Source of the DNA: the human T2T-CHM13v2.0 reference genome, Homo sapiens
Direction: 5' to 3' (one strand)
DNA length: 64,000 nt
Assembly: GCF_009914755.1 (NCBI RefSeq)
Contig: NC_060925.1
Shown: piece after piece, positions 43,351 through 57,110 of the stretch
How the letters are laid out: each line of letters opens with the position of its first letter
Numbering within the stretch: position 1 is the first letter of the stretch
Program-made: the position numbers and the translations under genes
The notes under the pieces: model-generated
Seen by the model: only the letters and a program-made list of their open reading frames with translations
Database searches by the model: none
What the model was told of the DNA's origin: nothing

Positions 43351-44236
43351 GAAGAGAGGAGGTGGAGGGAGGTGCCTGGTGGGTAAGAAGGGGTGCGTGC
43401 ATATTAGAATGGTATGGTTGGCTCCTGACAGCAGCTCAGCAAAGTCACGTATTACCTCCATTCGAGGAGCAAGGTGTGTGGGCAGAAGTTTCGAGCAACT
43501 CTAGGTGTCTTGGAAAATAAGCAACACTCCAGCCCAGGGCCTCCCTGGAAGATCGCCTCCTCCCTGCCTGCAGCCCCAGACATGCCTGAGCAGGGCTCAA
43601 AAGCCCCCATCCCTCTGCCTGATCTGTTTCCCATGGCTTCTGCCTGCCCCACCTCTCCACTCAAGGAAGGAAAGGGCCTCATGCCTCTGCTGCAGACACA
43701 CAAAGATAAGGAAAACTCCAGTCTGAGAGGTGGCAGGGGTGGGGGGCGGGGTGGTCTTCCCATCTCAGGAAGCACCTGCCTGAGGCCTGGGCAGAGCTCT
43801 AGGTGGAGAGGACAGCCTGGGAGCAGCACCGCCTGGGCCAGGGCCAGGGCTAGAAGAGGTACAGGCTCTGGCCCTGCCACCCCTAGAGAGCAGGTGTAAG
43901 CCCTGAGGGCAGCTGCCAATCCCTGGTGCAACACAGCTTTGTCCTGAGGCAGGGGGATGGCCTAGATGGCCTCCTACACATTCCCCTACTCAGGGAGCAG
44001 AAATTTAGGGCAGGACCACAAGGCATTAAGGTTCTCAGAGCCATTCTCTCTGGAATGGGGAACTCTTCCAGCTCACTCCAGAAAAAGCAAAGGCCAGTTG
44101 TTGGGGGCACTATCTCATATCAAGAGTGAAAAGCCAGCATCTGGCAGAGTCAGAATGACAGGACCTAGGTGATAAAATCACCTGGTTACCAGAGCAGAAT
44201 AACCCAACCACACACATAGACACCACTACACACCAC

Positions 44237-44608
44237 CACAACCACACATGCACACAGCCTCCCACACCACCCCAGCCACCTCCACCATCACACACATTCA
44301 CAACCACACATGCACACAGCCTCCCACACCACCCCAGCCATCTCCGCCATCACACACATTCACAACCACACATGCACACAGCCTCCCACACCACCCCAGC
44401 CACCTCCGCCATCACACACATTCACAACCACACATGCACACAGCCTCCCACACCACCCCAGCCACCTCCGCCATCACACACATTCACAACCACACATGCA
44501 CACAGCCTCCCACACCACCCCAGCCATCTCCGCCATCACACACGTTCACAACCACACATGCACACAGCCTCCCACACCACCCCAGCCATCTCCACCATCA
44601 CACACACT
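44237..44608. repeat. 62-bp minisatellite/VNTR, 6 copies
   Basis: Unit cacaaccacacatgcacacagcctcccacaccaccccagccaYctccRccatcacacacatt starting at 44237, 44299, 44361, 44423, 44485, 44547. Confidence 0.97.
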
Positions 44609-45193
44609 CACAACAACGCACATCAAAGCCTACACACACGTGGCCCACATACCACCCTTAACACACAGCTCTCCAGGCTTACACACACAGAAACAGTTCT
44701 CGCACATAACCTTATGTGCACCCAGTGTTTACAAATAGTGACTGAGAGTCTGTACATTCCAGGCCCTGGTAATATGGCAGGAACGTGACCAGGGAGCTCC
44801 CTGCTCTCCTGGAGATAATTTCAGAGACGGCTGTGAAGAGTGTCTGCTGAGGAAGTGGAGCAAGGAACATTTGGGGTGGGGGTGGGGGAACCAGGGAACA
44901 CCTCTGTAAGAAGGTGAGACCTGAATAAGGAGGAGGAAGCTTCCAAGTAAAGAGTCAGGAGAAGGCAGTCCAGGCAGAGAGAACAGCAAAGGCAAAAACC
45001 AGAAGGCTGACCTGAATGTGGCTTGTTCAAGAACCAGAAAGAAGGCCACTACAGCGCCCAAGGGGATGAGAGATGGGGGAGAGGCAGGACTAGGTCGCCT
45101 GGTGCCTTGGGGCTCAACGTCAAGAGAGTGGATGCCAGTCTAAAGTTAATGATAAGTCACTGTAAGGTTTTAAGAGGGAAGTGGCATGATCTA

Positions 45194-45273
45194 TTAGGTT
45201 GGTGCAAAAGTAACTGCGGTTTTTACCATTACTTTCAATGGCAAAAACCACAATTACTTTTGCACCAGTCTAA
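45194..45273. mobile_element. MADE1 (Hsmar1 mariner MITE), full 80-bp palindrome
   Basis: TA|ttaggttggtgcaaaagtaa...ttacttttgcaccagtctaa|TA. Confidence 0.92.
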
Positions 45274-45309
45274 TAGATCGTTAAAACACTACTTCAGCTA
45301 GAAGCAACC

Positions 45310-46230
45310 ACGGGAAAAAATGTTTTTGCAGTCCTCAGAGTGGTGAAGGCATTTCTAATGACAACAAAACCCAAGGGCCATAAAAGATAATATTAATACA
45401 CTGGACTACATAAAACATGTTTAATTCTGTATGGCAAAACCCCCGTCTATAAAGTCAAATCACAGGTGTCAAGAAGCAGCAGAGGCAGAGGGAATCCTTT
45501 CTATTTGTATCACAGACAGAGGAGGGCTTATTTCTTTAGTATGTAAAGAGCTCCTGAGAAATAAATAATAAAAGTCAACCATCCAATAGAAAAATGGCAA
45601 AGGCAAAGAACTGTTCACAGGATAACAAACAAAAGCAGCCCTTAAATATGTGAAAAGATGCTCAATCTCACTCATACCAAGAGAAATGCAAAATAAAGTA
45701 TGATGAGATATCATTGACAAAGATCATAAAGCTTGATAACGCTCTCTATTGGTACGTATATGGGGATACAGGCACTCCCTTGTCCCTTGGAGTGCAAACT
45801 GAAACATCTGTGAAGACGATTGGGCAATATGTATCAAAATTTTAAATACACATACAACTTTAAAGCAAACATTTCACATGTAGGAATATGTCCTGTAGAC
45901 ACAATTTTCAAATGTGTTCAATAATGATTATCCAAGGATAGTCACGCAATGGTATTTGTAATAGAATGAAATAAAAAAGTGGAAACAGCCTTTTCATCAG
46001 AATAGGACTGATTAAATAGAGTACATATACTATTCAGCTGTTTTTAAAATGAGAGAGCAAGGCAGCTCCATATCCACTGATGGGGGGAATGTCTCATATT
46101 TTGTTAAATGAAGAAAGCAAAGTGCAAAAGAGTGCAGATAGCATAGCACACTTCCATAGGTTAAATGTAAAAAGAATATATAGTTGAATATGAACAGGTG
46201 ATTTGGGAGTAAGAACAAGAAACTAGGGAC
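45310..46230 (+). mobile_element. Old L1M (L1ME-like) fragment
   Basis: A-rich L1 ORF2/3' motifs (aaaagatgctcaatctcactcat...gaaatgcaaaataaa). Confidence 0.7.
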
Positions 46231-47451
46231 CCTGGTGTTCAGGTAGGCAGCTCCGGTTACAGTCTGGTGTTCAGGGAGAAGTCACGTCCGGTGTTGGAAA
46301 TGTGTGAATCATCAGTGAGTGGATGGTATCTAGAGCCCCAGGACTGGGTGAGCTCACCTGGGAAGGAAGAGACTGGGCCCTGGGACATGCCCACCTTAGA
46401 GGCCAGGATGTGAGGCCTGTGGTGTCAAGGAAGCACGGGGAAGAAAGTGTTTCTAGAAGGAAGGAGTGCCCCATTGTCCCAGGTGCTTCTGAAGGTCAAG
46501 GGTCATGGGGACAGAGCTGTGATTGCTGGATTTAGCATTATGGAGATCCACGGAGACTCTGATAAGCCGTTTTTAGTGACATGGTAGGGACAGGAACATT
46601 GTTCAAATGTGTCAAAAAATGACTAGGAGGGGAGGTAGCGGGGAGCAAGTCTTGCTCTGACAGGGAGCAGAGCAGCAGGCGGCAGAGTCCAGGGCCCCAC
46701 ACCCTCATGCTCACTTCCCCGCTGCCCATGCACAGAGCATAGCACATGCACCTGAGCCACCTGGCACTCCTCAATCTCAGCAAAGATTTTCAAGGGCCAC
46801 GACCCCAGTGAGTACAAGGGAGCCTCTGCCCTGCGGCTTTTCTGTATCTGGAAACAACACTGCTGAGGCCTCCAGAGCTGGGTCTGCTGCTTATTATCTG
46901 TGTGACCCTGAGCAAGTCACCTCACCCCTGTGTGCCTCAGCTTTCTCATTCATAAAAGTAGGAGGGATTGGACCTTCCTCATCTGGATGCTGCCATGATG
47001 AAATAAAGCATGTGGGACAGTGTCGGGTGCAAAGATGCCGCTGGGCTCCCAACTCAGTGCTCATTCTCTACCAAAATGAATAGGAGGAGGGTGACCATAA
47101 TTGATGCTCCTAACTTTGGGGCATTTTTGAAAGTAAAAGGGGGCATTGTTAATGATGCCAGCACTGCAAACATAAACCAGTACAGTCCTGGGCAAACACC
47201 ATGTGGAGCCACCATAGTGCCAGCAATATCATCTCTGTGGAGACAGGACTCGGGCCCCACCCTAAGATCCAGGGACTCCCAAGGGAGGCTGGAAACCCTG
47301 GGGTTTTCCAAAAGAGGCTGGGGCGCTGCAGGCTTTTATTAGTTCCTAGTCAGGACACACTAGTAAATAAGACAATGTGTCCTTATCCCCAGGGCACAGC
47401 CCAGCCCCACCCCAGCCGCAGACCCACCTGCTTTGGCAGAGGCTATTTACT

Positions 47452-47766
47452 GCAATGGTATTTGTAATAGAATGAAATAAAAAACTAGAAACAGCCTTAA
47501 TTTTTATCAGAGTAGGACTGATAAAATATATTACAGTACATATACTATTCAGCTGTTTTTAAAATGAGAGAGCAAGGCAGCTCTATATCGACTGATGGGA
47601 GAAATGTCGTATTTTGCTAAGTGAAAAAAAGCAACGTGCAGAAGAGTGTAGATAGCATACTTCCACAGGTTAAGACTATACAGTTGAATATGAACAGACG
47701 ATTCAGGAAGGAAAACAAGAAACTAGGGACCCTGGTGTTCAGGTAGGCAGCTCCGGTTGCAGTCTG
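47452..47766 (+). repeat. Dispersed duplicate of 45946-46266 (about 320 bp)
   Basis: Shared ends gcaatggtatttgtaatagaatgaaataaaaaa ... aacaagaaactagggaccctggtgttcaggtaggcagctccggtt. Confidence 0.93.
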
Positions 47767-47899
47767 CCCCTCTGAGTCACTCCAGGCGGTGACCTCCCCC
47801 AACCCGCCCTCATTCCTGAACTTCTTTCCTGGCACAGGACTCACTGTGCCCCTTCCCGCTGTGGGTACAAGGTCTGCCCCCCACCCCAGCTCTCCAAAG

Positions 47900-48650
47900 C
47901 CCACCGGCCTCCCTGGAGGCCGAGGTCGACGGCCCGTCGCACCGGGAGGGGGGGCTCCCAGGGGTGCCCCACGCACGGTCAAGGTCCCGCGCCAAGCGGG
48001 GACCGGGCTGGGCCGGAAGCGGGCACGGTACTCGCGGCAAACTAGCGTGGGCGAGTCCTGATTGCAGTCGGACCTGCCGCCGCGGCACTTAACAGTTTGC
48101 AGAGTGCTTCCCGCCCCTGATCTCATTGGAGCCTTCGGACAGCCCAGCCCATGGCCACCGATGCCCCCATTTCACGCCTGAGGAAGCGGAGGCTCAGACG
48201 GGCCACCAGCCCCTCCGGAGGCTGGCCCGGGAGCGCCTGGCAGCGTCGGGTCTAGGAGCCGGCTCCCTCCTGCTCCCTCCTCCGCGCCGCCCGGGGTGTG
48301 CCCGCCGTCTGTGTGCACCACTGCTGAGCCCAGCTCCGGCGCCCTCGCCTCTGCTGTGGGCCCCGGGGACGCGGGGTCAGGCCACCGCGTTGGCCAGGCC
48401 GCTGCAGGTAAGTGCTGGACGGGGCGGGGCGAGGCTGGGCGGGACCCTCAGGGGCGCCAAGCGCTCCTGGCGACCCCCTGCGGCAGGGCTGGGGCTTGAG
48501 CCTGCCAGTGCGCTGGGATGGGGCGCGAAGCGGGGGTGCGGGGAGCCCGCCACCCCGTACCTCCCAATCCTCCCTCTCGCCTCTCAATTCTGGGCCCATT
48601 AGGGGTCCCGGCTGCGGGAAGGTTCCGAGACACCCCCTCCCCAAGTCCGC
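47900..48650. promoter_or_regulatory. GJB3: CpG island: GJB3 promoter and first exon (1A), ending at perfect donor CAG|GTAAGT (48407/48408)
   Basis: Dense unmutated CpGs, GC boxes (ggggcggggc 48421-48430), consensus donor. Confidence 0.85.
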
Positions 48651-48899
48651 AAGCTCCCAAGCTGCCTAGGATGGAGGGAAACTGGGAAGGAAAGGGAGCT
48701 TTATCCTTCAGGGACATTGTGGGGCGGGAGGTAGGGCTGGGCACAGTACAGTCTGGGGGTCAGGGAAAAAACGGTTGCGCTGGGAGCTGGCTTTGGAGGG
48801 CAGCTGGGGGAACCAGAACCGGCTCCACCAGTCCCCAGCCTAGACTTGGGAAGGAAATTCTTTGCCAGTGAAGCTCCTCCCTGGGGTGTGTCAGGAGGG

Positions 48900-49071
48900 A
48901 CTGGGCAGACAGCACCCAAGGGTAGAAGATGGGGGCCCAGGAGGGAGCTGCACCCTGGTGGGCAGCCATGGGAGTGTGTCAGGTGGAAGCAGCCGTCAGG
49001 GTCCCTCTCTGCTCTCTGTCCGGACAGACAGGGCTCCAACCTTCACTTCAGTTCTTGTGAACTCCCACCAG
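48900..49071 (+). other. GJB3: Alternative non-coding first exon (1B) of GJB3, donor CAG|GTGAGT at 49071/49072; 5' boundary approximate
   Basis: Consensus donor downstream of the CpG island; GJB3 is known to have two 5'-UTR variants. Confidence 0.6.
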
Positions 49072-49542
49072 GTGAGTAGCAGCCTGGGAGGGAAGAGTCT
49101 CAGGATTCTACCAGAAAGTAGGAATTATTTCCCTTTAGAGATTAGTAAATAGGGTCAATGAGATTAGGGAATTCTTGGAAGTCGCCCAGCTACTAAGTGG
49201 CCAAGCTGAGGTTTGAATCCAGGTGGAACTCCGTGTTCCATGCTATCCCACTCCCTTCCCCCACCACGAGGGCTTAGAAGGAGCAGAGTAGGGGAGAAGA
49301 GGAGGGTTTCCAAGAATGAGGTCTTCCCAATCGCCCCATCCTGCCCAGACTGTGATTCCCAGAGGAAACGCAGCCAGGAGAGCCAGGTGCTGAGAAGGAA
49401 CTGTGCTCTCTCCCTCTCTCCAGTGTAGGGAAGTCTTTCCCCCAATCCCCCTGACCAGGCTGCCCCCTGACCAGGATCCTGCCCACCCTCCTGTCCCCTC
49501 CCTCCAAGCTGCCTTGCTGAAAACTCAGCATTCATTTGTTTA

Positions 49543-50047
<505 letters not shown>

Positions 50048-50829
50048 TCAGTAAAAAGCCCCCAAGGCCCTTATTCCAGGGTGGCAGGGTGAAAATGTCG
50101 AATCTGGGGTTTTGCTAAGCCTAGCGAGAAGCTAGTAGAGTCTTAAACAAGGGAGTGGCATGAACTGATTTAATGGACTCTAGGGGCACAGGGGGAAGGT
50201 GAAAAGCCAGTAAAGAGGCCATAATACAGGCCAGAATAATAGTGGTTTGGGGCGGGGTGGTGGCCTCGCAGGCATCACGCATGCTCAGAGGTGCAAGTCA
50301 GCTCCAGGGGGACTCACATGCACATAGGCCCACACACACACGTGGACAGGCAGGCGGGTGCTCTCACACCCACAGCAGCACAGAAACAAGGCACACTCAG
50401 GCAGACCCACCCGTCCACACCCTCTGAGTCACTCCAGGACTGGGAGGAAGATGTGTGAGTTAAGGCCTGAACAAAGCACATCTTTCCACCACAAGGCCCT
50501 GGCAACTAGTGTGGCTGGGGGTGGCTGGGCTTCCCCAGGCCCAGCACAGGGAGCAGGGAGTTTTCTCTAGATATTCCCTGGATCTAGTGTCCTCCCAGGA
50601 GTCAGATCATAAGGCTCCATGCACCCCCCACCTGAACTGGTCTCCCCTCTTCACCACCCAGCAGCTGTGAGACCTTGAGCTGGTTATTTCTCCTCTCTGA
50701 GCCTCAGTTTCCCTGCTGTAGAATGGGACTCATAACTGCAACTTCACAGTATAGTAGTGAGGCATCCACAAAGTAAACGTTTCAAGAATCTGGTCTAGGG
50801 CAGGAGTCCAGCGGAGAAGGGAAGAGGAG

Positions 50830-51330
50830 GTGGTGGAGAGCACAGGCTCTGGTACCCAACAGCCTGGCCTTGAATCCACCTCTTGTTTTAAGTGAGTGAC
50901 TTGACCTCTCTAAATTTCACAGTAATGAGTAGCCAGCATTTATGGGGCACTTACTATGTACTACTTGCTTTGCAATCGTTCAATGATCAGTTTCATCTGT
51001 AAGTGAGGAGCACTGTAATAACTACCTTATGGGGTCATTCTAAGAGATTAAATGAGGTTCTGCTCATAAAGTGTTTAACTTCATGCCTGACTCTGAGTAA
51101 ACACTCAATAAATGGTGATTGTTATTATCAGCCAAAGCATATTTGCTTCCTTCCAGCATACTAGCTCTGTTGCCTTTGGTTAAGTTATATAACCTTGCTG
51201 TGCCTCAGTTTCCTATCTGCAGCTTGGGAGGAATAACAGTTCTGAACTCAGAGGGTCGTTGTGAGTATTGAACAAGTCAGAACTCAGAACACTGCCTGGT
51301 ACATAGTAAATGCTCAATAAAGTCACCTAT
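50830..51330 (+). mobile_element. MIR fragments immediately upstream of the GJB3 acceptor
   Basis: tgtgcctcagtttcctatctg...actgcctggtacatagtaaatgctcaataaa (MIR 3' end). Confidence 0.8.
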
Positions 51331-51344
51331 TCATTCATACGATG

Positions 51345-51366
51345 GTTTTTCCTCTAATTCTCTCAG
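51345..51366 (+). other. GJB3: GJB3 exon 2 splice acceptor (exon starts 51367, 25 nt before the ATG)
   Basis: gtttttcctctaattctctcag pyrimidine tract + AG. Confidence 0.8.
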
Positions 51367-51370
51367 GTAG

Positions 51371-52204
<834 letters not shown>

Positions 52205-52973
52205 CCACAGGGCAGGGGTGGGGCAACATGCGGGCTGCCAATGGGACATGCAGGGCGGTGTGGCAGGTGGAGAGGTCCTACAGGGGCTGAGTGACCCCAC
52301 TCTGAGTTCACTAAGTTATGCAACTTTCGTTTTGGCAGATATTTTTTGACACTGGGAACTGGGCTGTCTAGCCGGGTATAGGTAACCCACAGGCCCAGTG
52401 CCAGCCCTCAAAGGACATAGACTTTGAAACAAGCGAATTAACTATCTACGCTGCCTGCAAGGGGCCACTTAGGGCACTGCTAGCAGGGCTTCAACCAGGA
52501 AGGGATCAACCCAGGAAGGGATGATCAGGAGAGGCTTCCCTGAGGACATAATGTGTAAGAGAGGTGAGAAGTCCTCCCAAGCAGACACAACAGCAGCACA
52601 GAGGTCTGGAGGCCACACAAAAAGTGATGCTCGCCCTGGGCTAGCCTCAGCAGACCTAAGGCATCTCTACTCCCTCCAGAGGAGCCGCCCAGATTCCTGC
52701 AGTGGAGAGGAGGTCTTCCAGCAGCAGCAGGTCTGGAGGGCTGAGAATGAACCTGACTAGAGCTTCTGGAGATACCCAGAGGTCCCCCAGGTCATCACTT
52801 GGCTCAGTGGAAGCCCTCTTTCCCCAAATCCTACTCCCTCAGCCTCAGGCAGTGGTGCTCCCATCTTCCTCCCCACAACTGTGCTCAGGCTGGTGCCAGC
52901 CTTTCAGACCCTGCTCCCAGGGACTTGGGTGGATGCGCTGATAGAACATCCTCAAGACAGTTTCCTTGAAATC

Positions 52974-52979
52974 AATAAA
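52974..52979 (+). terminator. GJB3: GJB3 polyadenylation signal AATAAA
   Basis: First AATAAA after the stop, followed by tgtgtttt and GT-rich downstream sequence. Confidence 0.8.
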
Positions 52980-55149
52980 TACTGTGTTTTATACAGGTTG
53001 GCTCTGTCTCTGGTTCTCCCACACTCCCACCCACTGACAGAACCCTGAAGGTAGGGAAAGGTAAGCCCTCAGAAAGGGAAAGAGTTCCATGGCTCGGGGT
53101 GGAGCTAGGGTGGGGGCTGTGGCTGTGGCTGCAGCTGGGGCTTGAGCTGGAGCTCGGTTAGGCTGGGGCTGATGTTGACAGCCGGGAGCTGGGTTTGTAC
53201 CAGAGGAGGAGGCTGGGGTGGAACCTACTGATACATATGTTGGGATTCTAGCTGTGGCCACAAGAGTGCGCTGTGCTCCCTCTGCAACGGTGCTTCCAGC
53301 CTTCGTAATTAGACTTCACCCTGAGTACACACACAATCACTGCCACTCTCACTATAGACAAACCACACTCCCTCCTCTGTCACCCAGTCACTGCCATCTC
53401 AACACACATCCCCACCCTGTGTACACACAATCTCTGTTATTCATACTCTCACTCCTTATGCGCACTCTCAACAGGGCATGTAGTCTGCACTCAAGCATGC
53501 CATCCCAGCCTCACCCTGCATTTTATTCGGCTCATCCCATTTTCCCTGAACATTTTCGCTGAACTAGGGCCCTGGCAGGATGCTGGGACTGTGCAAGGAG
53601 GTAGGACCTATGCCCACGGAGCTAAGAGACAGGAACACAGGCTCATCTCCCGCACTAACCAACCCCTGGGATGGCTCACAGCCCTGCTCCCAGTGCTGTG
53701 TCATGACCTGAAATTTAGGGGACACCAACACCCAAGGCCAGACCCAAATGGAAAGCAAAAGAGGATGCAAGGCTATATTAACCCAGTGGAACACTTAGTG
53801 ACTATCACAGCCGAGGCCGGGAGTCAGAAATTCAGGAGCCAGTGAGCCAAGCGCCACAGCCAGCAAAGACAGGTGGGGTCATCACGGAAACAGAACAGCC
53901 AGTGGTTCACCTGTGCTCTCACAAGTAGCCATTTGAAGGTGGATAAGCCAGCCAAGTTTAAAGGACCCAGGGCCGGCTGACACTGTCCCTACACCCCCAT
54001 GACTGATTCATAGCTTGACCATTCCTGAGCACAGCTTCACCGCACTACATCTTGGGCAGGCCTTTAGAACCTCAGTCTTGCCATCGGTACAATGGGAATT
54101 GGATCAATCAGGGTCCTAGCAGAAAACAGATGGCACATTCAAACCAAGTAACTTTAAAGGGAGTTTCCTAGAGAGACTGTTTTCAAAGGTATGGCTACTG
54201 CAGCACCCTGGGGCTAGTACCAGGGTAACAATGGACAGGATGCATCCAATGCCAGCAACCAAGTAAATCCCCCAACTTCACTCTCCCATCTGCTCGCCTG
54301 CCAGTGGCTCCCACTGACCTAACCCAACCGGAAGTCAGAGGGCAAGTCAGCCTCCCAGTGTACAGGGCAGGGTGGAGAGTAGACCTGAGGGACACAGGGA
54401 ATACGGTCAGCATGACACCCAGTTGTTCCTACACAGAGGATTTTTGTAGAGGTAGAAGGAGACACTGCAGGTAAAACATTAGCACAGCACTAATGTATCT
54501 GATAAATTCCCAGGTATGACTGTGCTCAGGAGAGTCTCTGCCTGATGCACTGGAGGTCAGCCTCTGCTTGGGCTGGAGGGTTGCAAAGGTCTCAGGGAGG
54601 GGTGGTCGCCACCTACTTGCCAACATGCATTCCAGCATCTTCCTGGGTGGTTCTGGCTGCCTGGCCAAGGGTGGCTTGGAGGTCAGAGTAACCAGAGAAC
54701 ATCACTGGCTATTCCTGCAGAGAATTAACGCTCAGCAAGGACTGAGCTTCTAGTCCTGGCCCCTTTTCTCCAGGCTGTGGGCCAGGACCATGGAGGAGGG
54801 GACATTCCAGCCCTGCACAGCCTGCCTTTGGCCTGGAGCTGTTCTGAGCAGTGCAGTTCACTGATCTCATCTAGTATGTATTGGGTGACTACTATTCACC
54901 ACCAAGAGCCAGGGCACATTAAGTCACCACAAGGTGGCCCTCACGTCCCCTTGACGTTCTCAGGGTACGTTCCTCTACCTCCGCCTTCCCCACCCATGAG
55001 GATTCACTGCAAACTCCCTCCAATCATGCATATGAGATTAGGATTTCATATAGTCTTCAAATCCACATCTACTGTGTAAGGTCACAGCCACCCTGCAGCC
55101 CAAGATAAACAGGACATTCCTTTGTATTCATTCACCCTGGTCCAAGTCC

Positions 55150-55475
55150 CCATATGGACTGAATGTTTGTGTCTTCCCAAAATTCATATGCTGAAGCTCT
55201 ACCCCCCAGTGTGATGGTATTAGGAGGTGGGGCCTTCAGGGATCATTAAGTCATGGGATGGAGCCCTCCTGAATGGGATTAGTGCCCTTATAAGAAGAGA
55301 TAAGAACGAGATGATCTCTCTCTCTCTCCTCCATGTGAGGATACAAAGAGAAAATGGCCCTCACCAAGAACTTGACCATGCTGGCACCTGGATCTCGGAC
55401 TTCTGTGCTCCCCAGCTGTGAGAAATGAATGTTTGTTGTTTAAACTACTCAGTCTTACAGCAGCCCAAACTGACA
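55150..55475 (+). mobile_element. MaLR solo LTR (MLT1A-like)
   Basis: tatggactgaatgtttgtgtc...aattcatatgctgaagc...gggattagtgcccttataaga. Confidence 0.85.
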
Positions 55476-56249
55476 AATCTCTCCCCGGGATGACTGCTTC
55501 CATCTTCTCGCTTCCTGCCCCTGACTCTGGGAAGTGGACTCTGAGGAAGGGCTAAGTGGGTACATTGGGGAGTGACTCCTATAAGTGTAAAAGGGGAGGA
55601 AGCAGGATTGAGCAACAAGATGTGTCCCAGGGAGCTCAGAAGCAGAGACTGTCCATGCGGGCAGCTCTGCACCGGACAGCAATGGCGAGGCCTTGACCAC
55701 CCCCTGGTTCAGTCATGGCCTGAGGCCACCCCAAGAAGAACATGGCCACTTAGACAGCAGAAGCACACCTGGAAGTGCTGATAGGTGAAGGCAGTCAGCT
55801 GGCCAGTCTCCACACCGCTACACAGCAAGTCCTACATTGAAGGGGGATGTCTGTCTGTCACCCACCCCTGTAGTCTATTCCCAGCACAGCAGCTGGGGTG
55901 ATCCTGTCAAAACCTAAGTCAGGCCATGTCACTCCTCTGTCCCAAACCTCCAAAGACATCTTACACAGGCCTTCAAGGGCCCGCAAGATCTGCCCCATCC
56001 GCATCTCGCCTGTTGCCTTTCTAAACTCACTTCGCTTTGCTCACCTGCTGCAACCACACTGATCTCCTGCTGTCCCCCAAGCCAGGAAACACCAGGCACA
56101 CTCCTTCCCCAGGGCCTTTGCATCCTAGGTTCCCTCTGTCTGAAATGCTGTGCCCCCAGATAGCCACGGGGCTTCCTCCCTGCCTTCAGGGCTTGCATCA
56201 AATGTCAGCTGCTTAGTGAGGCGTTCTCTCCTCTCCTACTAGAAATTGA

Positions 56250-56630
<381 letters not shown>

Positions 56631-56743
56631 CTACATTTTGCTAGAATGTAAAACCTCCGAGGACAGGGATTTTTTTGTTGTTGTTCCCTGGTTATCTCCA
56701 CTGTCTAGGATGGCATCACAGCACATAGGAGGTGCTTAGTAAC

Positions 56744-56790
56744 TATTGCTTTTAATAGCAAAAACCACAATTACTTTTGCACCAAACTAA
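56744..56790. mobile_element. Half MADE1 (one TIR) in an L2 tail
   Basis: ttttaatagcaaaaaccacaattacttttgcaccaaactaa. Confidence 0.8.
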
Positions 56791-56929
56791 ATACTTGTTA
56801 AATTAACAAATTTATATACAGATCTGGTGCCCTGCTAGGTGGTGGAGATATAAAGACCCAGCTGCCTGCCCTCAAAGGGCTCACAGTCTAATGGAGGAGG
56901 GGAATAAAGATAAGTAGACCATGCACCAA

Positions 56930-57110
56930 GGAATGGGGAAAGGGGAGTGGTTTACTAGAGACAGAGTTTCAGTTTTGCAAGATGGCAAAATTCTGGAGAT
57001 CTGTTGCAAAACAACGTGAATATACTCAACACTACTGAACTGTACACTTAAAATCCTTAAGATGATACATTTTATGGTAGCTGCTTTTTAACATAATTAA
57101 AAATTTTTAA
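56930..57110 (+). mobile_element. L1MA/MB 3' end fragment
   Basis: agagtttcagttttgcaagatg...aacactactgaactgtacacttaaaa. Confidence 0.8.

Noticed and set aside
44237-44608. Regular repeat array superficially like CRISPR
   Set aside because: Head-to-tail units with no unique spacers, no cas genes, eukaryotic context.
44248-44788. Three His/Thr/Pro-rich ORFs of about 140 aa
   Set aside because: Translations of the 62-bp VNTR, whose C/A-rich strand lacks stops in all frames.
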